The translations under genes were made by a program, and so were the position numbers. Under the pieces are notes generated by a model. That model saw nothing but the letters and a program-made list of their open reading frames with translations, did not search any database and was not told the DNA's origin. Below are positions 24,302 through 44,800 of a stretch of 64,000 bases of DNA, piece after piece. How positions within the stretch are numbered: position 1 is the stretch's first letter; every line of letters starts with the position of its first letter. This DNA is from the human T2T-CHM13v2.0 reference genome, Homo sapiens: assembly GCF_009914755.1 (NCBI RefSeq), contig NC_060927.1. One strand, given 5' to 3'.

Positions 24302-24765
24302 TACTAGGATGTTATATTTGAAAAATAAAAATAAGGCCAGGTGCAATGGTTCATGCTTGTGATCCCAGCACTTTGGGAGGCTGAGGCGGGTGTATCACCT
24401 GAGGTAAGGAGTTCAAGACCAGCTTGGCAAACATGACAAAACCCCGTCTCTACTAAAAATACAAAAATTAGCTGGGCGTGTTGGTGCACACCTGTAGTCC
24501 CAGCTACTCAGGAGGCTGAGGCAGGAGAACCGCTTGAACCAGGGAGACGGAGGATGCAGTGAGCCAAGATCACACCAGTGTACTCCAGCTTGAGCAACAG
24601 GGCGAGACTCCATCTCAAAAACAAAAAACAAAGCATAAAAAATAAAAATATGTGTTGGTGAGGATGTGAAGACATTGGAACCCTCGTATATGGTTGGTGG
24701 GAATGTAAAATAGTGCAGTCATTGTGGAAAACAGTTTGGTTGTTTCTCAAAAAGTTAAACATATA

Positions 24766-27750
<2,985 letters not shown>

Positions 27751-28085
27751 AAAAAAAAGTTAAACATAGAGTTATCATATGACCCAGCAATTCCACTCCT
27801 AGGTGTATACCTAAGAGAACTGGAATCAGAGACTCAAACAGATATTTATACACCAGTGTTCACAGCAGCATTATTCACAATAGCCAAAAGGTGGATACAA
27901 CTCATGTGTCCATCAACAGATGAATGTAAATAAAATGTGATATATGCATACAATGGGATATTGTATAGTCATATAATAGAATGCAGTTGTGCCACATGCT
28001 AAGTCAGATGAATCTTGAAAACATTATGCTAAGTGAAAGAAGTCGAACACAAAACAACAAATGCTGTATAATTCCACTTGTGAAA

Positions 28086-28520
28086 TGTCACACGCGTCCG
28101 TGTGAAGAGAGTCCACCAACAGGCTTTGTGTGAGCAACAAGGCTGTTTATTGCACCTGGGTGCAGGTAGGCTGAGTCCAAAAAAGGAGTCAGCAAAGGGT
28201 GGTGGGATTATCATTAGTTCTTATAGGTTTTGGGATAGGCAGTGGAGTTAGGAGCAATGTTTTGTGGGCAGGGGGTGGATCTCACAAAGTACATTCTCAA
28301 TGGTGGGGTGAATTACAAAGAACCTTCTTAAGTGTGGGGGAGATTACAAAGAACCTTCTTAAGGGTGGGGGAGATTACAAAGTACATTGATCAGTTAGGG
28401 TGGGGCAGAAACAAATCACAATGGTGGAATGTCATCAGTTAAGGCTATTTTCACTTCTTTCGTGGATCTTCAATTGCTTCAGGGGATATGATGGCTTAGC
28501 TTGGGCTCAGAGGCCTGACA
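28086..28520 (-). mobile_element. HERV-H solo LTR (LTR7B-like)
   Basis: Reverse strand starts TGTCAGGCCTCTGAGCCCAAGCTAAGCCATC and ends CACACGGACGCGTGTGACA. 5-bp TSD TGAAA at 28081-28085 and 28521-28525. Confidence 0.92.
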
Positions 28521-28719
28521 TGAAATATCTGGAGTATACAAATTTACAGAAACAAAAAGTAGAATAGAGATTACCAAGGCATGCAGAGAAGAGAGAATGG
28601 AGAATTATTGCTTAATGCCTACACAGTTTCTGTCTAGGGTGATGAAAATGTTTGGAAATAGATAGTGGTGATTGTTGCACAACATGGTAAAGGTAATTAA
28701 TGCCACTGAACCAGATGGT

Positions 28720-32215
<3,496 letters not shown>

Positions 32216-33119
32216 AAACATTTATTGAACACCTAATTTGTGGCAGAAAATGATCTTGGCTCTGGGATACATCAATGGACTAAATCATTCTAGCGGGGCC
32301 CCTAAACATAAGTTCTTTGTTTCTGTCTGCCCTGTCCTGTTGTCTCCTCTAGAGGTAGTCTGGGGACAAGCATGAGATGAAGTTATTTTGAGGAACCCTG
32401 GGAAGAAGTTGTATCATGGAGAAGGGCTGTGTGGGTTTGGGGCCACCCACAGGCTTCAGTGGTCTAGCATCTCTTCTGCTTGCTGCTCACACTGCCTGAA
32501 CAGCTCATTTTGACTGATGTGCTTCGGGTTTGGGGTATAAAATGGCCAACATTTCAGAAGCCTATGGGCCAACCAACTCTCCCAGACTTTTGTGATCACA
32601 CACCCTTCATTTGCAAAGCTGAACCAAAAATTTAGTCTGGATGAGTTCTTCCTTTCCACACCCACCAGCCCCCTACTTAAAAGTCTGGCCAATCAGTGAA
32701 GACACAAACCTTAGGGAGAGGGGTGTGGTTAATTTCTAAATTCCTATTTGAACAAATTATTTATTAAGCACTGACTCTGTACCAAACACATTCTAGGTAG
32801 TAGGGATGTAAAAGTGAACATAAAAGAATAAAGGGCCTGTCTTCAGAGAACTGACATGCTATTGAAGGTTGGGGAAGGGAGAAGAATAACAGCGATGCTC
32901 ATCAATGTTGTCTACAAATAGCACTTTTCAAATTCTAATATGCTTATGAAAACAGATTGCTGGGCTCCAGGCCCCAAAATGGATTCAATAGATCTGGGGT
33001 TGACCAGAGAATTTATATTTCTAACAAACTCTCATGGGATGCTACTCAAAGTGTAGTTTGTATAAATCATAGAACTCCAAGGTCACAACTACCTGTAAGA
33101 TGAAAAATTTAGTACCTTG

Positions 33120-33563
33120 TGTCATGGGTGAGTGACAACTATCTGGGCTGGTGGCATGGGGGAAAAATAATTTGCCAAGACAGTTGTAGGAAAAGAAAGG
33201 CAGATTTATTAGAGAAAGTATGAAAATACGTTGCAAGAAAGCAATGGGCAGCCAGGAAGAGAGGAGCTGACTACAAAGAAACAAAGGCTTGCTGGATGTT
33301 TTATAGGATAGTGTTTATGCTGTAGGCTGAAGAGGGCTTTGTGCAATACTGATAATGCCAAGGCTGCAGTGAGCTAACTTGCAATTTTCTATCAGCCAAG
33401 GGTCTGGTGATAGCTGGGCACAGGAAGAGTGTGAGTTATCTGCATAGGAGGGCTATGTGTCCTAGACTGTGAAGAAAGGCAGACTTGTAGCTTATCTGCT
33501 TTCTCTTTTTGCTTTCTCCTGATTCCACCAGCCTGACTCCTTTTCCCTAATTAGGATTCCACA
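33120..33563 (-). mobile_element. ERV1-class solo LTR (subfamily uncertain)
   Basis: TG...CA termini (reverse strand starts TGTGGAATCCTAATTAGGGAAAAGGAGTCAGG). TTTATT (AATAAA on the LTR strand) near 33205. 5-bp TSD CCTTG at 33115-33119 and 33564-33568. Confidence 0.8.
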
Positions 33564-33572
33564 CCTTGATTA

Positions 33573-33884
<312 letters not shown>

Positions 33885-34289
33885 TTAGAAAGAGGTACTT
33901 GCTGATTTGTGTAGTCTGGATGGTAGGAAGCTGGAACAGGAGGCAAGGGAAGCATAACCTTTCAAGTGTGTGTTCAGGCCTGCTAGAACTCACCTTGGGA
34001 GGCTCAGAGATTTTTTGTATACTCTAGCATGCCAGTCAGGATTCACTATGGAAACCGAGTGACTACTTGAGAGAAGGAAATCAAACACAACAAAAGGAAA
34101 CTGTCCAGAAAACAAGGAGCACGAGGCTGGATGTGCTCCACCAGTCAGGTGAGGTTAGGACAAAGCATAGTTCTGAAGACCTGACCTGGAGGCAGAGTGA
34201 AGACATCTCTCCCTTCAGATGTCTATCTGGAGTTCAGGGTTTCCTGGGTTCTGGTCTGCCCTGAATCAAAAGGTAAGGCCTAGAAAACC

Positions 34290-34460
34290 CAGAGAGGAGA
34301 TTTTTGTTTCCTGGTGGCCAGGCTGCAGGGGAGGGATCAAAGGCAAACCCAGGGCAGGTGCTGCAGGCGCACCAGCCTGACTGGTGAGTCAGGCCTCCGG
34401 CATAAGAGTGGCGTCAGGAGGAGGGGGTGGGACCTTACCTGCCTCAGCTTGTTTCGGTTC
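34290..34460. promoter_or_regulatory. Candidate enhancer-like unique segment
   Basis: GC-richer non-repeat sequence with TCF/LEF GATCAAAGG (34335-34343) and AP-1 TGAGTCA (34385-34391). Motif presence only. Confidence 0.3.
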
Positions 34461-35046
34461 CTTGACATTTTCTTCACTGTTGTGCAGAACCACACAGTCT
34501 GGGAGTTGGAGGAGCTGAAAGGAGACGTTAAGAGAAAGGGCTGCAAACATAGGGGTGTTCAAGACATCCCCTTTGGGGGACAATGGGAAGCTCTCCTTTG
34601 TTTCTTCCCAAAAAGCCTAAGAATGTAACCCTGGACCAGGGGACTAGCTACGGAAATGGATAGGAAAGGGCAGGCTCACAAAGTGAGGGGAAAGGGAAAA
34701 AAAATCACAACATTATCAAAAACATCGTAGAGGGTGGACATTAGAAGCTATCCAAGGCCAACTTCTCATCTGAAGGAAGTAATGATTGCTAACATTTTGG
34801 GGGGCTTTCTTCATGCTAGGCTACTCTAATTGCTTTAAATTTATTAAGTCATTTAATCCCTCAAACAGCCACATGAACATTATTGGCCCCAGTTTATAGA
34901 TGAGGCAATAGAGGTTAAGCAATCTGCATTTGCCTGAGGTCCCAGGTCGTGAATTGTGGGATCTGTCTACCCTTCACATTCGCAACTAAGTCAGCTAAGT
35001 CCCTTTGACCCAGTTCTCACATTCTTAAGAGCAGAAGGGCCATTTA

Positions 35047-35235
<189 letters not shown>

Positions 35236-35450
35236 TCAGGAGGCTGAGGTACAAGAATTGCTTGAGCTGAGAGGTAGAAGTAGCAATGAGCCGAGATCGC
35301 ACCATTGCACTCCAGCCTGGGTGACACAGAGAGACTTCATGTCAAAACAAAACAAAACAAAACAAAACAAAAAACAAAAAAATCAAAAGGAATAAAAGAT
35401 AAGGCCTTGGGTAAGCATAGGCATAGATGTAGAATAAAGGTGACCAAAAA

Positions 35451-35485
<35 letters not shown>

Positions 35486-35540
35486 GTAAAAATAAAGAAA
35501 AAGAAAAGATAAGGCTTGGAGACACCTGCATTCTCCTCCA

Positions 35541-35762
35541 GCTGAGATACTGTCCACCCTCCAGGTCTGCTGGATCATGTGGCCACATGATGCCAACGTT
35601 GCTGGCAATGTCCATAAGGAAACCCTTTCTGAATATGATCCAGGAGACAGGCACCATCACCAGCCCCTGGCATGCAATAGCCAGAATGAAGATGCTGCTG
35701 GTCACTCTGGCCTGTGTGAAGCACACCAACTTCCTGTGGCTCATGTACATCAGCGAGGTGGT
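35541..35762 (+). pseudogene. ACOT7: Processed pseudogene fragment of acyl-CoA thioesterase 7 (first hotdog domain N-terminal part)
   Basis: Translations across frameshifts give QVCWIMWPHDANVAGNVH / FLNMIQETGTITS / CNSQN / TLACVKHTNFLWLMYISEV. These align to the recalled ACOT7 sequence QICRIMRPDDANVAGNVHGGTILKMIEEAGAIISTRHCNSQNGERCVAALARVERTDFLSPMCIGEV. No introns are visible and many changes are CpG decay. Confidence 0.88.
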
Positions 35763-36397
35763 TGATGCCTGTCATCCCACACTTTAAGAGGCTAAGATGG
35801 GAGGATGATTTGAAGCCAGGAGTTCAAGACCAGCCTAGGCAATATAGCAAGATCTTATCTGTACAAAAAAAATTAAAAAATTACCTGGGCACTCTGGCAT
35901 GTGCCTGTAGTCCCAGCTGCTTAGGAGGCTGAAGAAGGAGGGTCCCTTGAGCTCAGGAGTTCAAGGCTGCAGTGAGCCCCGATTGTTTCACTGCACTCTG
36001 GCAAGAGTGACAGAACAAAACCCTGTCAAAAAAAAAAAAAAAGACAAAACTCTGTCTTACTAATATTACTCTGCTTTTTTTTGAGACAGAGTCTCATGTT
36101 GTCACCCAGGCTGGAGTGCAGTGGCACAATCTCATCTCACTGCAACCTCTGCCTCCAGGTTCAAGTGATTCTTATGCATCAGCCTGCCAAGTAGCTGAGA
36201 CTACAGGCACGCACTACCACGCCGGGCTAATTTTTGTATTTTAGTAGATACAGGGTTTCACAATGTTGTCCAGGCTGGTCTTGAACTCCTGGCCTCAAGT
36301 GATCTGCCCACCTTTGCCTCCCAAAATGCTGGGATCACAGGCATGACCCACTGCACCCAGCCTAATATGACTTTGGTTAAGAAAGAAAAGAAAGACC

Positions 36398-36712
36398 ATG
36401 GTTATAGACTGAATATTTTTTCCCCTCCCCACAAATTCATGTTTGAAGCTCTAACCTTCAATGTGATGGTATTTGGAGATGGGGCCTTTGGGAGGTGAGC
36501 TTACTCACATATGTGCACTTTCTCTCTCTTTGCCATGTAAGAACACAGGAAAAAAGCAGCTGTTTGCGAGGAAGACAGCCCTCATCAGGAACTAAATCAG
36601 TTGGCACCTTGATCTCAGACTTCCAACCTCCAGAACTGCGAGAAATACATTTCTGTTGTTTAGGCCACCCATTCTGTAGTATTTTGTCATGGCAGCCCAA
36701 GCTGACTAATAT
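36398..36712 (+). mobile_element. MaLR LTR (MLT1A/MST-like)
   Basis: AATGTGATGGTATTTGGAGATGGGGCCTTTGGGAGG and GGCACCTTGATCTCAGACTTCCAACCTCCAGAACTG...GCAGCCCAAGCTGACTAATATA. Confidence 0.8.
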
Positions 36713-37428
36713 AACTACCATTAACAGTCTGAAATTGGGCCAGGGACAGTGGCTCACACATGTAATCCTAGCACTCTGAGAGGTCAAGGTAGGAGGATAC
36801 CTTGAGACCAGGTTCAACACCAGCCTGGGCAACATAGTGAGACCCACATCTCTATTTAAAAAAAACAAATCAAACAAACAAAAAGAATGGTCTGAAACTG
36901 GGGCTATCCAAGCTGAACATTGAAAGCACTATAGCTACAGCAAAGAAGTAGACTATTATTTAAGGCAATATTATGAGTTCAGTCTCTGCTTGGCTCAGAG
37001 AGGAACTGTAAACTCCTCTTTGCCATTGGTGGCCTTTAGGCCACACATCACTGGTGTTGGCAAGATTGCTTTCAAACAGATTCAAAATGGATTGCATATG
37101 ATTCTAGAGGGTCTAGGGTCATTTAATAAAGGTGCTGCTATGCACATGCTTGAAGCTTGGTGAGTTGTTTCTTTAATTCTTATTTATAGCAGATGGTGAA
37201 TAGGTCTTTGCTGAGAGCCTCATACATTTAAATGGGATGAGCAAAGTAGGTGAGGAAGATAGAGACCCTCATGTGATCACACTCGCCTCACTGGCTGGGA
37301 CTCTCATCCTCAACATTTCCTTATGTTGAACAGAAATTCACTTTCTATGGATCAGGTCTGCATTTTGAAGGACACAGAGCAAAGGACCTTCTCTTCCCAC
37401 TGACAAACCTTAGAATTCTGCTCTTAAG

Positions 37429-37461
<33 letters not shown>

Positions 37462-38510
37462 GACCACCAAACTCATTCTCTCATATGCCAGTTTCCAGGC
37501 TCCCATCATCCTGATCAATCTGCTCTGATTTCCAACATTCTTTTAAAAATATGGCACTAGAAATGGAAAGCTCTTTTTTCCAGTGGCTCAGGAAAGACAG
37601 TCATGCTGCATGCATTATGTCTGAGCAAAGCAGAGGGAGAAAGAAATGGAGATGATTTTAAGGAAGTAAGCTGAAAGACTAAAAGACGGCATCAAAGGTG
37701 GCATTGAGAGTACAAAGAACTGGGAATCACGGCTCAGATGTAAGATGATTGGGGGCTTGCTATGTCTCCGAGTGGGAAACAGGAAATACAGACCGGGAGG
37801 AAGAATAAGAATTAGGATGAAAGGTATAATTTAAAGGGTCTTCAGCCTGGATATAGGAGGTGGTGGCGAATCCATTAAGGAATGGGGAAAACTCTTATCT
37901 GTGGAGTGTCTAGGATAGTCAGGCTGTATCAGATGTTTTCTTGGCATTAGCGTAATCTGATCTTCCCTACGATCTCATAAGGTAGGAATTAACTGCCCTC
38001 ATGAGGAGGGTGAGGCTGATGAAAGTTAAGTAACTCACCCAGGGCCATCCAACTACTAAGTGGAAGGGCTGGGATTCCAACTTAAGGGAGTTCTCAGGGA
38101 GCGTAATGAGCACTTCAAGAACTTGTTCCCAAACCAGTGGTGTCAAGTAAAAATTGCAGAGGAGTGGCAATGTGCGAAGGTTTCCCAGGTGGCCTGGAGA
38201 CTGCAGACTTAATGCTTATGAAATGGAAGTCTATAGTTTGTTGGTAGTCTGGATAACACAGTGTACAGTGGTTAGAAATATAGGTTTTAGAGAGACCTGA
38301 CTACAAATCATAGCTCTCCCCCTTGCTTGTACGTTCATGGGCAAATTTTCCCACTTCTCTCTTAGTTCCTTCATCTATAAAATGCTCTTAATAATACCAG
38401 CATTGAAACATTGTTACAACTAAATGAGATCATCTATATAAGCAAAATGTATGTAAAGTGTATTTTATATATGAGAAGTGTTGAATGTATATGCATTCAA
38501 CAAAGGGTAG

Positions 38511-38639
<129 letters not shown>

Positions 38640-38896
38640 TGAGTAGCTGGGATTACAGGTGTGCACCATGCCTGGTTGATTTTGTATTTTTTTTTAGTAG
38701 AGACAGGGTTTCATCATATTGGCCAGGCTGGTCTCGAACTCCTGACCTCGTGATCTGCCCGCCTCGGCCTCCCAAAGTGCTAAGATTACAGGTGTGAGCC
38801 ACTGCGCCTGGCCCAAGTGTAGCTATTTCTTCTGTGCAAATTATTCATTTTTCCCTGGCACTTGACCTCAAGTCTCTTTTTAAAATGAGTAATAGG

Positions 38897-39320
38897 TGTG
38901 GTGACATTATAATGTGTCACCTTGCCTAGATTGAACTACATTTCCCAAAATTCCCTTCCCGGCATGTTTCCAGTTAGGATGGTCTGCAGAGAGATTTTTG
39001 TGGGAGACTTTGAGGGCAGAAGTGAAGCAGCAGTCATTGTGTAGCTCACACACTTTGTCATTGAGTTGCTGGCCTGCTTCACTGGTGTGAGCCAAAGCCA
39101 GGCCTGCAGCTGCCTCTGACTTCTCCTCCAGCATCTCTGACTTCTGGGCTAGGTGTATGTGTTTAGCTCTGTGACGAAAGGTCTCAGCTTCAGCAGGATA
39201 TCCACACCGTCAAGGTCAGAGCCACAAGGATTGACAGGGCTTGCATTCCCTCCCTGTGGTCCATGCTGGTTTTCTTCCATGTCACCTCCAGCTTTCCTCC
39301 AAATGGCCTGCCCTGAGGAC
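38897..39320 (+). mobile_element. Old ERVL-class LTR fragment (LTR40-like, tentative)
   Basis: TGTGGTGAC...ACTACATTTCCCAAAATTCCCTTCC motif typical of the LTR16/33/40/41 group. Confidence 0.5.
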
Positions 39321-39334
39321 TACGTGTCTTAGTG

Positions 39335-39494
39335 AGGGTTGCCAGATTTAGCAACTAAAAATCTGGATGGCCAGGCAAATTTGAATTTCAGTTTAACATG
39401 AAATAATTTTTTAGGGTAAGTATGTTTCTCTGAAATTCAAATTTGACTTGGTATCCTTTTTTTTTTTTCTGTCTTCCCTAAATCTGGCCACCCT
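39335..39494. mobile_element. MER53-like palindromic hAT MITE
   Basis: Inverted termini AGGGTTGCCAGATTTAG / CTAAATCTGGCCACCCT, plus internal inverted AAATTTGAATTTCA / TGAAATTCAAATTT. Confidence 0.82.
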
Positions 39495-40124
39495 AAGAGA
39501 ATAAGAGAATAAGCATCTTGAAAAAGGTAAGCTTGCTGGGCAGAACTTAGTTGAGGCTGGTGACTGAATTTATGATACCAACTAATACCCAGCCAAGTGC
39601 TTTTCTCAAGCAGGGCTTAGCTGCCAAGGTGTAAGTAAGGCAGAGGCAGAGCGCTGGGTTTATCCACAGGTGGGATTTTGCCAGTTAAGACACACAAGAG
39701 AATTTGCGGCAGGGTTTCCAAACTTGAGTTTGCAACTGCATCACCTGGAGGACTCCTTAAAACAGATTTCTTAAAACAGCTAAAATTATTTTTTTTTCAG
39801 ACAGAGTCCCGCTCTGTTGTCCAGTCTGGATTGCAGTGGCGTGATCTCGGCTCACTGCAACCTCCACCTTCTGGGTCCAAGTGAACCTCCTGCTGAAATT
39901 ATAGGCACCCACCACTACGTCTGGATTAGTTTTTCTTGTATTTTTTGTAGAGATGGGGTTTCACCATGTTGGCCAGGCTGATCTCGAACTCCTGACCTCA
40001 AGTGATCTGCCCGCCCCAGCCTCCCAAAGTGCTGGGATTACAGGCATGAGCCACCGCGCCTGGCCTTAAAACAGAAGTTTTGATTCAGTGGGCATAGGGT
40101 GGTGCCCAAGAATTTGCATTTTCA

Positions 40125-41107
<983 letters not shown>

Positions 41108-41599
41108 TCAGGCGCCTGTAATCCCAGGTACTTGGGAGGCTGAGGCAGGAGAACCGCTTGAACCTGGGAGGCAGAGGTTGCAGTAAGCCAAGATTGCACC
41201 ACTACACATGGGCAACAGAGTGAGACTCTGTCTAAAAAAAAAAAAGAAAGGGCAAAGAAGGAAAACAGAGAAAGGAGAAAGGAAGCCAGGCTGTTGTTGC
41301 TAGGTGAAGATCTTCAGAAGCCAAAATATTCCCCTTAGGAATCTTCATTGCCAAGTCCTTTCTAAATCTTTGGTTATTTCATGGAACAACTCATTTTGTC
41401 CAGTTCTCAAAGGAATTTGGCCTTAAGTGCAAAGGACCTAAACTTTATTAAGTATATACTATATGATAGTTGCTGACTGTTACTTTCCATGGGAAATAGA
41501 TGTGCAAAATATGAAAAGTGTTCCATTTAAGTATGTAATTTTTATTTCTTTATGCTTTTATGTATCTTCTAAATTTTCTACAAGTATGATTTTCCTTTA

Positions 41600-41855
41600 C
41601 TTATTTTAAACTTTTATTTTGAAATAACTTCAAATTTACAGAAGAGTTACAAAGGTAGTACTGACAATTCTTGCATATATCCTTTACTTTGACATCTTAC
41701 ATAACCATGGTACATTTATGAAAACCAAGAAATTAACATCTGTACAATACTATTAACTAAACTACAGATCTTGCTTGGATTTCACCAGTTTTTCCACTTA
41801 TATCCTTTTTCTGTTCCAAGATCCATTTCAGGATAGCACATTGTAATTAGTGAAT
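41600..41855 (-). mobile_element. Ancient L1M 3' UTR fragment
   Basis: TTTTATTTTGAAATAACTTCAAATTTACAGAAGAGTT...TTTCTGTTCCAAGATCCATTTCAGGAT. Confidence 0.6.
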
Positions 41856-44800
41856 TTCTTCTATAATTAAAAAAAAAAGGCGTATGTCTTCTCCCTTTCT
41901 ATCAGGGCATTCCTTGCTGTTTTAGCAAAGGAATAAAGAGGAAAGTGTCTTTTATTGACCATGGAGTACAGGGGATACATGGAGATAGACATCTCTTCGG
42001 TAAACCAAAAAGGAAGTAGGAGGAATTTTAAATAAGTATCATGAAAAATCCACATAAAGTCTAATAATATACACACAAAAAATACTTATGGCCCTATGGT
42101 AGGTGGGAAAAAAAGATAAAATACTTGGTTTCAAGATGTAAAACTATGCAGAAACCTTTTTTTGAAATGAATATATATTTTAAATTATGGAATAATTTTG
42201 ACACATATATCTCTATATCAAAAAGTGTTTTCACAGATAGCTTCTTTTTAATTTTTAGGGCTGGTTATTTGTGTTTTCCTAAGAGGTCTCAATGTGCTCA
42301 GAAATGTCACTTTTTAGATTCTACAAAAAGAGTGTTTGGAACCTGGGGAATCAAAATACAGGTTCCAACGTGAGATATTAAATAGCACATCAGAATGCAT
42401 TTTCACAGATAGCTTGTTTCTTGTTTTTGGGGCTGGATATTTGTTTTTTTCCTAATAGGCCCCAATTGGCTTAGTAATGACACTTCATAGAATCTACAAA
42501 AAGAGTGTTTGGAACCTGGTGAATTAAAACACAGGTTCCAATCTGACAAAGCATTTTCACAGAGAGCTTGTTTCTAGTATTTAGGACTGGATATTCATTT
42601 TTTTCTTTGTAGGCTTCAATGGGTTCAGAAATGTCACTTCATAGATTCTACAAAAAGCAGGTTTGGGACCTGGTGAATGAAAACACAAGCTCCATTCTGT
42701 GATATAAAACAGCACATCACAAGCCGTTTTCACAGATAGCTTGTTTCTAGTTTTTAGGGCTGGACATTCGTTTGTTCCTATAAAGCCTCCATGGGCTCAG
42801 AAATGTCACTTCGTAGATTCCACAAAAAGAGTGTTTGGAACCTGTTCAATCAAAGTGTAACCTCCATTCTGTGATATAAAACAGCAAATCACAAAGAGTT
42901 TTCACTGATAGCTTGTTTCCAGTTTTTAGGGCTGGATATTTTTTTTTTCCTAATAGGCCTCAATGGGCTCAGGAATGTCACTTCGTAGATTCTACAAAGG
43001 GATGGAACATGTTGATTCAAAACACGTGTTCCATTCTGTAATATGAAACAGCAAATCACAAAGCATATTCACAGATAGTTTGTATCTGTTTCTTAGACCT
43101 GGATATTCATTTTTTCCCATAAGGCCTCAATGGGCTCAGAAATGTCACTTCACAGATTCTACAAAAAGTGTTCGGAATCTGGTGAATCAAAAACAGGTTT
43201 CATTCTGTGATAGGAAACAGCACATCCAAAAGCATTTTCACAGATAGTTTGTTTCTTGTTTTTAGGGCTGGATATTCATTTTTTCCTAATAGGTCCCATT
43301 CGGCTCAGTAATGTCACTTGGAAGAATCTACAAAAAGAATGTTTGCAACCTGATGAATTTAAACACAGGTTCCAATCTGGGATATGGAACAGCACATCAT
43401 AAAGCATATTTACATATAGCTTGTTTCTAGCTATTAGGGCTGGATATTCATTTTTTCCTAATTGTCCTCAATGGGTTTAGAAATGTCACTTTGTAGATTT
43501 TACAAAAAAATTGTTCGGAACCTGGTGAATCAAAATATAGCTTCCAATCTGGTAATATGAAACAGCAAATTGCAAAGCATTTTCACAGATTGTTTGTGTC
43601 TTGTTTTTAGGGCTGAATATTAGCTTTTTCCTAACAGGCTGCAATCGGCTCAGTAATGTCACTTCATAGAATTTGCAAAAAGAGTTTTTAGTACATGGTG
43701 AATTTAAACACAGGTTCCAATCTTAGATGTGGAACAGCACATCACAAAACATATTCACAGATAGCTTGTTTCTAATTGTTAGGGCTGAATACTCATTTTT
43801 CCCTATGGGCCTCAATGAACTCAGAAATTTCACTTTGTAGATTCTGCTAAAAGAGTGTTTGGAACCGATCTATCAAAACCGATCTATTTTGTGATATGAA
43901 ACAGCACATCACAAAGCGTTTTCACAGATTGCTTTTTTCTAGTTTTTAGGGCTCGATATTTGTATGTTCCCCTGAAGACTCAATGGGTATAAAAATGTCC
44001 CTTCAGGGATTCAAAATCAGTGCTTCAAACCTACTGAATCAAAACCTAGGTTACATTCTGTAATATAAAACAGCACATCACAAAGCACTTTCACAGATAG
44101 CTTGTTTCTAGGGCTGTATATTTGTTTTTTTTTAACAGGCCTCAATGGGGCTCAGAAATATAATTTTGTAGATTCTACAAAAAGAGTGTTTGAAACGTGG
44201 TGAATCAAAATGTAGGTTCCATTCAGTGACATAAAACAGCACATCTCAAAGTGTTTTCACTGACAGCTTGTTTCTAGTTTTTAGGGCTGGATATTCTTAT
44301 GTTCTTATAAGGCCTCAATGGGCTCAGAAATGTCACTTCATAGATTCTATAAAAAGGAAGTGTGGAACATGGTGAATCAAAATACAACATCCATTCTGTG
44401 ATATGAAACAGCACATCATGAAGTGTTTTCACAGAGAGCTTGTTTCTGGTTTTTAGGGCTGGATATTCATTTTTCCTAATAGGCCTCAATGGGCTAAGAA
44501 ATGCCATTTCATATATTCTACAAAAAGAGTGTTTGGAACCTGGTGATTCAAAACACAGGTTCCATTCTGTGATAAGAACAACACATCACAAACCTTTTTC
44601 ACAGATAGCTTGATTCTACTCTTTAGGGCTGGACATTTGCATGTTCCTATAAGACCTCAATGGGCTCAGAGAGGTCACTTCATAGACTCTACAAAAAGAG
44701 TTTTTGGAACCTGGTGAATCAAGATACAGTTTTCCTACTGTGATATGAAACAGAAAATCAAAAAGCATTTTCAGATAGTTTTGTTCTTGTTTTTAGGGCT

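Noticed and set aside
35541-35787. Functional ACOT7-like coding exon
   Set aside because: Homology jumps between frames, the conserved HGG motif is altered, and the sequence is truncated by an Alu.
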